The translations under genes and the position numbers were made by a program. The notes below the pieces were generated by a model, which saw only the letters and a list, made by a program, of their open reading frames with translations, made no database searches and had not been told where the DNA came from. 64,000 bases of DNA from Octopus vulgaris (lineage: Eukaryota): contig OX597814.1 in NCBI GenBank assembly GCA_951406725.2, forward strand, positions 58,838,001 through 58,902,000, given 5' to 3'. This document shows, one piece after another, positions 1 to 10,772 of the stretch (its first letter is position 1; every line of letters begins with the position of its first letter).

Positions 1-248
1 CATATAAAACACCATATTTAGTAAATCTTAAAACTTTACTATCTACAACTTGTTTTCTATTCTTTTTGACTCTCCCTGATAATTCAAAAATGTAGACATC
101 CTTTTCATTGCAAAAGCCCTACTGTACTCTCCAACTGGATAGGCAAACGAACACCTCAAGAAAACTTTAAAACTTGAATATATTACCCAAATACCTAAAC
201 ACAACCTTCATTGCAACAACAGAATTGAATTTCGAAAATTCAACTACC

Positions 249-432
<184 letters not shown>

Positions 433-1099
433 TGTGAATGTGTGAATATATATGTATATATTTTTTTCTACCAGTAATTAAAAATAGAACAGGTTGAATA
501 GCTTCTCTTCAAGGCAGCGCTCTCAGTGGCCACTGGTAGTAGTAAACACATTTGACCTGTGCTAACTCAAAGGGTGCGAAGATTCCTTTGTCTCTATGGC
601 TGACCTGCCCAACAAATGCCGAGTCTATTTATAGACCTGTAGTTTTTGGTCTATTCACCAAACTGCTACCCAACTATTTCCTCAAACAATGGTATTGGTG
701 GTGACGGTGATAATGATAAAAATAAAAATAAAAATAATATGCTGCAACTGCTAATAGTAAATGTTACTAACACGACAATAATACAACAACTACTACCATT
801 ATGAAAGCACAGACAACTAAGGCCCAACTACCATTTTTACCAATACCCAACCCCTGCTACTGTTGCTGTTGCGACAATCACTATTGCTACTACACATAAA
901 AACAATAATATCAGTGATATCAGTCATGATAATGATGATAATAATGAAAGAAAACGGATGGAGCCTCCTCCCCATGTCCTGATTAATGATACATCTAGTG
1001 ATGGTGTCACAATAAAAGCACTGGTAATTGCGCAACCTGATAATTGAGTGTCAATATGAGTGTCAATAAAAAAAAAATAACGAAACTGAAGCCAATGAC

Positions 1100-4030
1100 G
1101 GTGACAGTGTTACACCCGGTGGCTCAGAGATACTGGTCAGACTCCAGCCTGTTGATATCCAATGAGGGATCACCACACACGGCGTAGATGGAGTAAGCAA
1201 ATTCATGCTGTGGTCGTGGAGTGTTACTACCTGAGAAGCCCGGTAGATGAAAACGGTTGCCAAATTAGGGGTTACCTACGACGTATGTTTGATCATTGGA
1301 GCGAAAAGGGATTGTTTCAACTCACGGAACAGAGGCAATGTGATCACAATAGAGCAATATGGAAAAATTATTAGTTCACAGAAGTAGAGCTCGAAGCTAT
1401 CAAAAGACGGGTCATGGAAAATAGCATCAGAGAGGACAATGAAAATACAGTTCTTAATAATTAGAGTAACCTCATAGCACAGGAAAGGAGCAGTGGTAGT
1501 GTACTTGATGCGAGACATATAGATGACAAAAGAATATAATAAAACTAATAGCTACATGTCAGATGAACAAAAGGCAATCTGTGACAGATTAAAGGTAAGA
1601 CTACAAGAGAACGATAGCGACATTATTTGCAACCTTAAAATGGTTGCTCGGAGGAAATTGAACCTACAAACGAAAAATGTCATTGAACTTCTGGAATACA
1701 TCAGAATAAACAATGTCACAGTAACAAATAATTTGAACAAGATAGCAAGTATTTTTGCAGCAGACAATGTGGGTGTTGACGTCAAGTAAAAGAAATATAA
1801 TGAGAGTGACAATAGAAAAGATCCATGGTGGAAAAGAAAATCCAGGCAGGGTTAGACATGCTCTCGAAGGAAATCGCTGTGTTAGACCGAAAAGAGAAAA
1901 GGGGAGTTTAAAAGCGAACAAAAATACATGGCGCTGAAAAGGAAGTATAATATTGAAAGAAAGGGCTTGAAAGTGGTAGTGGAGGAACTGAAACAGCGCC
2001 TCGTTGCAAAGACAGCAAATATAGTAAGATACGACCAAAGAATAGGGTAGGTCAGAAGAGATTCTATAAAGAAATGAATGGAGAGTGTACAAATGAAAAG
2101 TTGATACCAGATAACATTGAAAGTCTGTGACATGAACAGAAGGGTTTCAAGCGTAAGTGCAGAGGTGCCAAGGATCAACTCCTGATAGACAAAACTGTAC
2201 TTAGAGACTGCAGGAGGATGAAAAGTAACATAACCATGTCATAGATTGACTATCGCAAGGGGTACGATATAATCCAACATTCTTGGATTAAGGAGTGTAT
2301 GAACCTATTTTGTATTGCATCAAATCTTGAGCGATTGCTTGGAAAAAGTATGGCGAATTGAAGACAGTAGAAATTCGGAGGGGCATCTTCGGAGAGGACC
2401 GCCTGTCTCCGCTGATCTTTGTACTGTGCTTGATACGACTATACTGATTCTGAGGAAAGCAAAAGCTGGGTATCTATTCAAAAGCCGCCAACTAAAAGTC
2501 AACCATTTTTTATCCATGGATAACCTCAAACCTTATGGTAAAGATGACGCACAAGTCAGTTCCTTCGTTGATATCGTGTACACTTTCACTGTTAATATCA
2601 GAATGGAGTTGGGACTGAGAACGTGTGGTGTATTAGACTTGAAAAGAGACAAAATCGAATGTATGGACGGGCTAATGATACCGTCGGGGAAGGGTATGAA
2701 GCAGATAGAAAAGATGTGCTATAAGTACTTTGGGATATTGGAAATTGATGGAGAAAGAAATGACACAAAATATTTAGGTGGAGTACTTGCGCAGACTGAG
2801 ACTGATCCCTATGTCGAAATTAAATGGAGGGAATAAGACCGAAGTTATCAACACCTGGGTGGTTTTACTCCTTAGATACGGAGCAGAGGTAATCGCATGG
2901 ACAGTAGGCTAACTAAACGGCTTAGACAGAATGACAAGGAAGTTGCTTACTAGATATGGGTCACTCAACCCAAAAATTGACACAGACAGACTGTATGTAG
3001 CAAGAAGAAGAGAGGAAGAAGACTTATTGGATGCGAACACAGCATTAGAGCAGAAGAAAACAACATAGCAGGGTATGTGAAAAATACCACAAAACCGCTA
3101 TTATTAGACGTAAGAAGGTCAGGCTTGTGTAGGATGAAAGATTGCAAAGATTAAGCGCTATACAAGAAATTGAAAACGAATAAAATTTAAAATAGGTAGG
3201 TAAAGAAAAGACTGCAAGGTCAATTTCATAGAGATGATGAAGTTAAGACAGACAGGGAAAAAAGATCGTGGTGGATGACTAAAAGTGATTTAAACCGGGA
3301 AAGGGGGCTCTAATCTGTGCTGCTCATGAGCTAGCATAAGAGGAAACTACATAAAATACAGAATAGACAACACAGCAGAAAGTGATAAGTGCAGAATCTG
3401 TGGACAAGACGGTGAAACCGTATGGCATGTTACCAGTCAATTTACGCCACTAGCTGAGAAGGAATATAAGAAACACAACGACAATATAAGCCAGGCTTGT
3501 CCATTGGACACTTTTCAACAAGTATGGACATGAAAGAGCGAAATATTTGTACGACCACAAACCTGAAGTCATCGCTGTAAAAGGAAATGCAAAGATCCTA
3601 TGGGATTTTATGATTCAGTGCGATCATGAGGACGTCAGACATAATCTTAATTGAGAAAGGAAACAAACTACGCTGTATCATAGATATAGCATGCCCAGAT
3701 GACATGAAGGTATGCAATAAGGAAGAAGAAAAAGTCGAGAGATATGAGAGTTTAGCTTGGGAAGTCAAGCAGTTGTGGTCGATGAAAAATGTAACAGTAA
3801 TACCAAGAATTGTCGGAGCCTTGGAACAGTGAGTAAAATTCTCGAGAAGAAAGTGGAACAAATAGAGGCTGCAATAAGGGTGGGGCACTTGAAGAAAACA
3901 GCACTGCTTGGAACCGCTCGAATACTCCGGAAACTGATCAAAGAATAAGAGGTGTTACCTTAGTTCACTGGTAGTGAACAGCTGAAACTGTAGTACATTT
4001 CCAGCGTCAGAAGCTGTGCAAAGGCAATCA
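1100..4030 (+). mobile_element. Decayed R4/Dong-like non-LTR retrotransposon (RT + RLE endonuclease), family A, near full length
   Basis: Frameshifted segments: N-terminal VVECYYL..RGYLRRMFDHW..EQRQCD; RT KDQLLIDK, IDYRKGYD, HSWI, NHFLSMDNLKPY; zinc knuckle CRICG..ETVWHV; RLE ILWDF, DIILI, IIDIACP, LLGTARILRK. The 3' UTR runs directly into (TAA)n at 4031. Confidence 0.88.
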
Positions 4031-4041
4031 TAATAATAATG

Positions 4042-4116
<75 letters not shown>

Positions 4117-4119
4117 GTA

Positions 4120-4189
<70 letters not shown>

Positions 4190-4193
4190 TAAC
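4031..4193. repeat. (TAA)n microsatellite between two RLE elements
   Basis: Visible array. Confidence 0.97.
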
Positions 4194-4753
4194 CATTGAT
4201 CATGTGGTCTCCAAGTGCAGTCTTCTAGCGCCTACAGAGTATCTCAAGAGGCACGATGGAGCTGCACAATATATTCACTGGGTAATCTGCAAAAACCTGG
4301 ATTTGCCCCATGAAAAAAACTGGTGGGAACACAAACCACCCCCAGTGCTTGAAAATGACCACATCTCACTCCTCTGGAACTTCGCCATTCAAACTGACAG
4401 AAAGATAGATGCAAATAGGCCAGACATCATATTGAAAGACTTAAAACAAAGAACATGCCTCCTCATTGATATGACTGTCCCAATCGATATAAACGTATCT
4501 GTCAAGACCTACCAAACACTGAGCAAATATAAAGATCTGGAAATAGAAATTAGCAAAATGTGGAACCTGAAGACTAAAACAATACCTGTTGTCATAGGTG
4601 CCCTGGGAATGATAGCAAAAGGGGCTGATAGCTACCTAACTCAGATACCAGGAAACCTAAAAATGACAGAAATTCAAAAGATAGTGCTCATGGGAACTGC
4701 TCATATCCTACGCAAAATACTTTCTATGTAATCTCAAGGTTTAAAACAAACAT

Positions 4754-5580
4754 AGCATAATTAAATCTCAGAATGAGATTGAAACAGTAATCGCTCGATA
4801 ATGTAAAGTATAGAAGCCATCTTATCATGGCTAACCACATTGGGGAGGGGGTTGTTACTGTAGCTTTATAGCCCCAAGAGATCTTCGTCTCTAGCTGGCT
4901 CTAAACACAATATCTGTGTCTTTGGAGTATTTGCAAAGGGAGGCCGTCCCTTCCTCGCAAGCCTGAGTGATACGCTCGAACTAGTTTCGGGATGTTTGTC
5001 CCTCGCCAACGGGCGGCAACCACCAGGTAGCGAAGATATATTGGGGCTATAAAGCTACAGTAACAACCCCCTCCCCAATGTGGTTAGCCAGAATAAGATG
5101 GCTTCTATACTTTACATTATCGAGCGATTACTGTTTCAATCTCATTCTGAGATTTAATTATGCTTACTGTTCGTTTTTCGACATCAGTGGCAGACGCCAT
5201 TAGAAAAACTTATATCTATTTGCAAAGGAGCCTTCACTTTCATCGCTACCTGGTGGTTGCCGCCCGTTGACGAGGGACAAACATCCCGAAACTAGTTCGA
5301 GCGTATCACTCAGGCTTGCGAGGAAGGGATGGCCTCCCTTTGCAAATACTCCAAAGACACAGATATTGTGTTTAGAGCCAGCTTGAGACGAAGATCTCTT
5401 GGGGCTATAAAGCTACAGTAACAACCCCCTCCCCAATGTGGTTAGTCATGATAAGATGGCTTCTATACTTTACATTATCGAGCGATTACTGTTTCAATCT
5501 CATTCTGAGATTTAATTATGCTTACTGTTCGTTTTTCGACATCAGTGGCAGACGTCATTAGAAAAACATATATCTATTTG
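4754..5580 (+). mobile_element. Non-autonomous Penelope-like / retrozyme-type element: inverted arm + ~1.5 tandem copies of a 358-nt unit
   Basis: 4754-5035 is the reverse complement of ~5243-5522. ttggggctataaagc recurs at 5041 and 5399. Flanked by aaaacaaacat (4743-4753) and aaaataaacat (5581-5591). Contains a hammerhead motif. Confidence 0.85.
5261..5303 (+). ncRNA. Minimal type I hammerhead ribozyme (C3U core variant)
   Basis: cgcccg-TTGACGA-ggga caaaca tccc-GAAA-CTAG-TT-cgagcg. Palindromic helix III AACTAGTT, GUU triplet, one mismatch in helix I. A second, mutated copy (TTGGCGA) lies on the minus strand at 4973-5015. Confidence 0.7.
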
Positions 5581-5773
5581 AAAATAAACATCATTTTCGG
5601 TTTAAAAATTTTTTTTTTTTTAGACATTCATTAGTACAACACCAAAAAAATCCTCCCAAATATATGGCACACTAGGCATAACAACAACATGAACTTCCAA
5701 CCTGTTGTCTCTTAAGGTCTCTGGGTGAGACTTGGAGCCAACTTGTACAAATATAAAGCAAAAGTCAAACATA

Positions 5774-5834
<61 letters not shown>

Positions 5835-6667
5835 CATAATAATAATTCGGAGACGACTAGTAGGAATGTCTTTTAACCATTAGTCCAAATGCTTAATTGC
5901 CTGTATAATCGTAAAAACAAAATTATCTACACTTCAGAAATAGGTATTTAAGGAAAAGTATATTCTATCAGTGTAAGCTAATAACAGGATATCGTACATA
6001 GAATTACGTAGGTTCATCTGCTACAATTTGAAAATCTATATTTCATAATTATCCTTTCATTTAAGTATAGAAAAAAAAATAATTCAGCAAACCTTAGCAG
6101 ATGCATTTGGGATTTAAAATATACAAAACGGTAAGTATGATTTGTCAGTTTTACGTGTGATCTTTGCCCTCAAGAAATGTATTATATAATTACTTCTAAA
6201 CTAATTTCATTAATATTTAATGGAAATTTGACAATGAATTGTTGCCACAAATTTCGAAAGGGTTTAAATATATCAATTCTTAATTTTAGTTGTTTTTTGT
6301 ATGTTATATAATAAGAATAATTTTGCTCAAAAGTTTACGATATTTCACATAAAGATAACTAATAGTTGTGACGGAAAATCACTGTTCTTTATTGCAACGT
6401 AGAATTCTTATGTTCATATTTTCTTATTTCTTTCTCCACTGTTGTCACACGAGTTAAATACAAAAATATGTACTCTTACATTATATCTTTCCTTGGTGTT
6501 CACTTTACATGCGTTCGCATGTATTTTCGGAAATATTAATTTCAATAATTGCTATGTTTGCATATATTAAAACAATAGAAACAATTGTCGGATTTGTGTG
6601 GTGAATTCTACAATTTACATCCTAAGATGTGATTTTCTCCATACGTATTTTTATTACACACACCGCA

Positions 6668-6749
<82 letters not shown>

Positions 6750-6762
6750 AACATTTCTATAG

Positions 6763-6947
6763 TTATGAGAATAATTATAATTGGGGTTCAGCAAAATTGC
6801 TCCGCTACATACCGGCATTTAGAATTAGCATTTAAATATTATTCCACTTTCAGACAGTGGCAGTGGAATAGTATTTAACTGCTATGTCTAAGTTTCGGTA
6901 TGTGGTGAAGCAATTTTGCTGAGCCCTAATTATAATTATGCTTATAA
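6763..6947. repeat. ~85-bp imperfect inverted repeat between (TA)n arrays
   Basis: 6763-6848 is approximately the reverse complement of 6862-6947. Confidence 0.8.
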
Positions 6948-7060
6948 TTTTTGTATAATGTTACCGATAATGGTTCTTTTAACATACCGAAGTACTTGGT
7001 AAAATTATTAATTAGTAATTAATTAATTTTACCCTTTATTATTATTGATAATATCATATA

Positions 7061-7114
<54 letters not shown>

Positions 7115-7161
7115 TTAAATTTCTAAATATCTCAGAGAGATATAAGCTGAGGTGGAACATT

Positions 7162-7574
7162 AGAGCAGTTGTATACTGGCAACTTAATGTGACAGCCCCA
7201 TAAAGGGAATCACACCATCGCTATTTAGCCTTAGGAAGCATCAACGCTTCCTGTCGGCCTTAACACATTTCTTGTGTCCTTATGTTTACAAAGGAGAGAC
7301 AAGCACCCCCATCCAGCTAAGCCTGCACCCAGAGACATGTTTCTGAGTCTTTGCCCGTCATCAGTCTGGAGTAGCATGGCCTACTAGACTCAGAAACATG
7401 TCTCTGGATGCAGGCTTAGCTGGATGGGGGTACTTGTCTCCTCTTTGTAAACATAAAGACACAAGAAATGTGTCAAGTCCGACAAGAAGTATTGATGCTT
7501 TCTAGGGCTAAATAGCGGTGGCGTGATTCCCTTTATGCGACTTTCACGTTAAGTTGACAGTATGCAACTGCTCT
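7162..7574. mobile_element. Inverted-repeat Penelope-like / retrozyme-type element, ~190-bp arms
   Basis: 7162-7350 is approximately the reverse complement of 7386-7574. TA arrays on both sides. Sequence is related to the 358-nt unit at 5041-5398. Confidence 0.8.
7329..7369 (-). ncRNA. Minimal type I hammerhead ribozyme, canonical core
   Basis: Minus strand: ccaga-CTGATGA-cggg caaaga ctca-GAAA-CATG-TC-tctgg. Perfect 5-bp helix I, palindromic ACATGT, GUC cleavage triplet; first pair of helix II mismatched. Confidence 0.82.
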
Positions 7575-8293
7575 CTCTCTATATATATATGACAATTTTT
7601 TTCTTTACTTGTAAACCAAATAAAGCACAGAGAGACAAACTCAAAGAATAGAATATCAGAAGAGTATGATTCTATTTGTCATTATAAAAGAAAAGCCAAA
7701 TTTAATAGCCCTGTCTAATATTTTTAGCTCAGAAATGTGATAGGTTGATTTTCTTTTATGTTTATGACATCGATCAGATATTCGATTGCTTAAATCGTGA
7801 AATAGTGTCAACATGAAAGTATATCATAGGCAAAAATATATGACAAAAATATATTTCAGATAATATTGCAGAGTTGTTTATATGCTTTGGGCTATTTTAC
7901 TTAGAAAGAAGATATCATAACTTCCTGTGAAGTTATCATTCACAACAGAGACACATACGCGTACTTTGATACAAGTTTCAGCGAACTAAGATAGTGGTCG
8001 TAGAGAGACTTAACGTTAAATTGGAGGCATAAAAGAAAAATTTACAACCAGATATAACAACCATACTCCGAATTTTAGTCACCCTGATTTAACGATCAAC
8101 TCGGTTTTAATCTGCAAATTTAAAGTCTAGGTGCCCAATTTCGAAATCAAATGTAAAATCATCTCCAAAAGTCGACCCTATATTAATGGGTACAAAAATA
8201 TTCAGTGTGTTCTCTTTAAAAACTACATATCTTAAAGGACTTGGGAGCATCGAACGAATACATAAATTTCCAGAATGAATATTATGGTTAACA

Positions 8294-8425
8294 TCATTCA
8301 ATAGTTGTCAACCTGGTCCTTGACAGTACGACTGAGCGCACGTTGTATTTGTCCGGAATAATGCTGCAAACGAGCCAACAATATTTCCAAATCTTTTTCA
8401 GATCTCTGTTTTCCTTCCTTACTAT
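8294..8425 (-). CDS. Putative terminal coding exon of an unidentified gene (IVRKENRDLKKIWKYCWLVCSIIPDKYNVRSVVLSRTRLTTIE*)
   Basis: Acceptor gctaatgcttccagtttcag|. Open in phase 0, matching the exon at 10689-10772. Unique, non-repeat context. No homolog recognised. Confidence 0.45.
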   Translation of the reverse strand: MVRKENRDLKKIWKYCWLVCSIIPDKYNVRSVVLSRTRLTTIE

Positions 8426-8980
8426 CTGAAACTGGAAGCATTAGCACCAGTTATAGTGGCAAGAAATTTGGAGGCACCAAAATATGCAACAACAGACGGT
8501 TAGGTGGGAAATTATTTATAATCCATAAGCCTTATATGATTGATAACATCATTTTGAACAGTTGTGCCAAGGGACACATTTTAATTGAATGCTTTCTACT
8601 CGTCGCATCTGATATACAATTTCAGTTGAAGCGGAAGTGTTTATAGTGACACTTTCTTTTTCTATGACCACGAATATATCTCATATTTAAATTCAGAACT
8701 AAATGTTTCTCTGATAATCGGCTGTATTGTGTATACTAATATAATAAGATACAGAGGTAAGATTTCAAAAAATAATCATGATACAGAAAAAGCAATAATT
8801 CCAAACATATTAGTGAATAGAACTGGAATTTTCGTTTTATAATTTGCATAACAATTCAGTGTATATATATATATATAGTTTACTATACTATTCCATTCAT
8901 ATATACGTATGTGACTATGTATGTATGTATGCATGTATGCATGTATGTATGTATGATTGTATATATGTATATATATATGT

Positions 8981-9590
8981 ACGGGGTTCCAAAAAGTAAC
9001 CAGAAACGTTCTCTGTTGGAAAGCCCGTTTTAGATCAGGCCTTCCCCCTCTAGAAATCACCTGACGCGACGTTCATGCATCAGTATACCTACCGGTGTCT
9101 GCGCCTGCTGTATTACTGCCTAGTGATGTGAGAATGTTATCCAGTGTCTCTGCCCTATTCATCGATTTTGTGAATGCTGAAACGAAGAAACAGCGTGCTT
9201 CCATGAAATTTTGTTTTCTGTTGGGGAAAATGGCCGTCGAAAAAGTTGTCATGCTTCCGATAACTTACAAGGACTCCGCCTTGATCAAAATACAAGTTTA
9301 CGTGTAGTTTTCACGCTTCAGGAATCGTCTCTTTTCGCTTAAAAACCAGCCTCGTTGAGGACGACCGTCGACCTCCGGACCGAATGAAAACATAATTTAT
9401 TAACTCACCTTGGAGGACCGTTACCGAACATCTGAGTTGTGTGTCCTGGAGCTCCTACGAGCGAATTTTAAATGAGGAATTGCGAATGAAAAGGGCTGTA
9501 TCAACATTTGTGTCGCGCTTGTTCACGGGATGATCAAAAGCGGTCACGATTGAATGCGTGTTGTAACGGAAAGACTGGTTTTACATTACT
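8981..9590 (+). mobile_element. Mariner transposon remnant (5' end, HTH region)
   Basis: QRASMKFCFLLGK..TYKDSAL..QVY*FSRF..PR*GRPSTS resembles a mariner transposase N-terminus. Starts after a TA. Confidence 0.8.
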
Positions 9591-10416
9591 TACATATGGT
9601 GGTGTATACGGCTATATGATAACGCTTGCACATGCACACATACATACTGTCACTTAATACAATGCTTGCCTAAGATCTTTAATTGATTGCAAATAGGAAA
9701 TTAGGTTTTAATATAATCCTTCATTTTTATGGGAAGGAGATACATACTTTCACCATACACATCTTATAATCATGGTTCAATTATACGGATTTCAATTTGA
9801 AAAAGTATGCAGTAATCGAAGTAAGAAGAAGTTTCGTTTTCCATGTATATATCTTATATATTTTAGTTTCTTACATCTGTAAAAACTGACTTATTGATGA
9901 GCACTATTGTTTATATACACCCTGATAAGATTGATGCACTTTTCCACATTATTCTTCCTCTCGCATTTATTTTAATGCATCTATCTATATATATGTCGGT
10001 GATATGGTGATATAAAGAATTTAAATAACGTCTTGAATTTTTCCCCCATTTTCCAATAAACTTTTATATATATAAATGCATAATGAATAAAAAGAAGGCG
10101 GACGATAAAGTCAACAATGCGAGGAAGCTTTTCATGCAAATTATTAATAAAACACTTAGGGAAGGCAAGAAATTGTGTTTTACGTTTCGAGCGTGCAAAT
10201 ATCTTCCTCAGAAACAAGAGTCAGAGGAAATTCCAAAGAAAAGGAAGACGGAGGGAAAAAATCGCCAGCAATCGGCATGTACTTACATTTTGGAATATAT
10301 ATATATATTGTACTTACTGTACATATATACATATATGCATACACACATACAGAAATTGAGATGAATCTCATTGTTCTCACTCTTTCTCAGTCACTCTATC
10401 TTTGTACACACAGGCA

Positions 10417-10491
<75 letters not shown>

Positions 10492-10499
10492 ACATATAT

Positions 10500-10530
<31 letters not shown>

Positions 10531-10688
10531 AATATATATAAAGTGACTGAGGTTGGTGGTGAGATATGTATCTATAGGGAGAATGTACAATGGATAATGT
10601 GCGAAGTGTTTGTTTATAGTTACTTAAAATTGGTGACTCATATTAGTTATATCATTCACTTATATTGATATCTTTGCAGAAGACTTAC

Positions 10689-10772
10689 CTTAATTTCTCG
10701 AACCGCTTTGTTGCATCGCTGTATCGTTGATTTATTTACCCGATCTTCTAGCCACATATGATCTTTCATTAT
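10689..10772 (-). CDS. Putative internal exon, 84 nt, phase 0-0 (IMKDHMWLEDRVNKSTIQRCNKAVREIK)
   Basis: Strong acceptor ttttgtcttgcag| and consensus donor AAG|gtaagt; stop-free in frame. Confidence 0.55.

Larger units (their letters stand above)
4194..5775 (+). mobile_element. 5'-truncated R4-like RLE element, family B (RLE C-terminus + 3' UTR interrupted by the 4754-5580 insertion)
   Basis: Open frame to 4731: HVVSKC..YLKRHD..IHWVICK..LLWNFAIQTDRKIDANRPDIIL..LIDMTVP..KYKDL..PVVIGALG. The 3' UTR matches the copy at 16837-17026 and ends in (AAT)n at 5776. Confidence 0.9.

Noticed and set aside
4039-4731. 230-aa ORF with poly-Ile leader fused to a nuclease domain
   Set aside because: The ATG and poly-Ile come from the microsatellite falling in frame with a truncated RLE fragment; not a gene.
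8107-8301. 64-aa minus ORF ending STFGDDFTFDFEIGHLDFKFAD
   Set aside because: Non-ATG start, a stop just upstream, and a different frame from the spliced candidate exon; probably 3' UTR.
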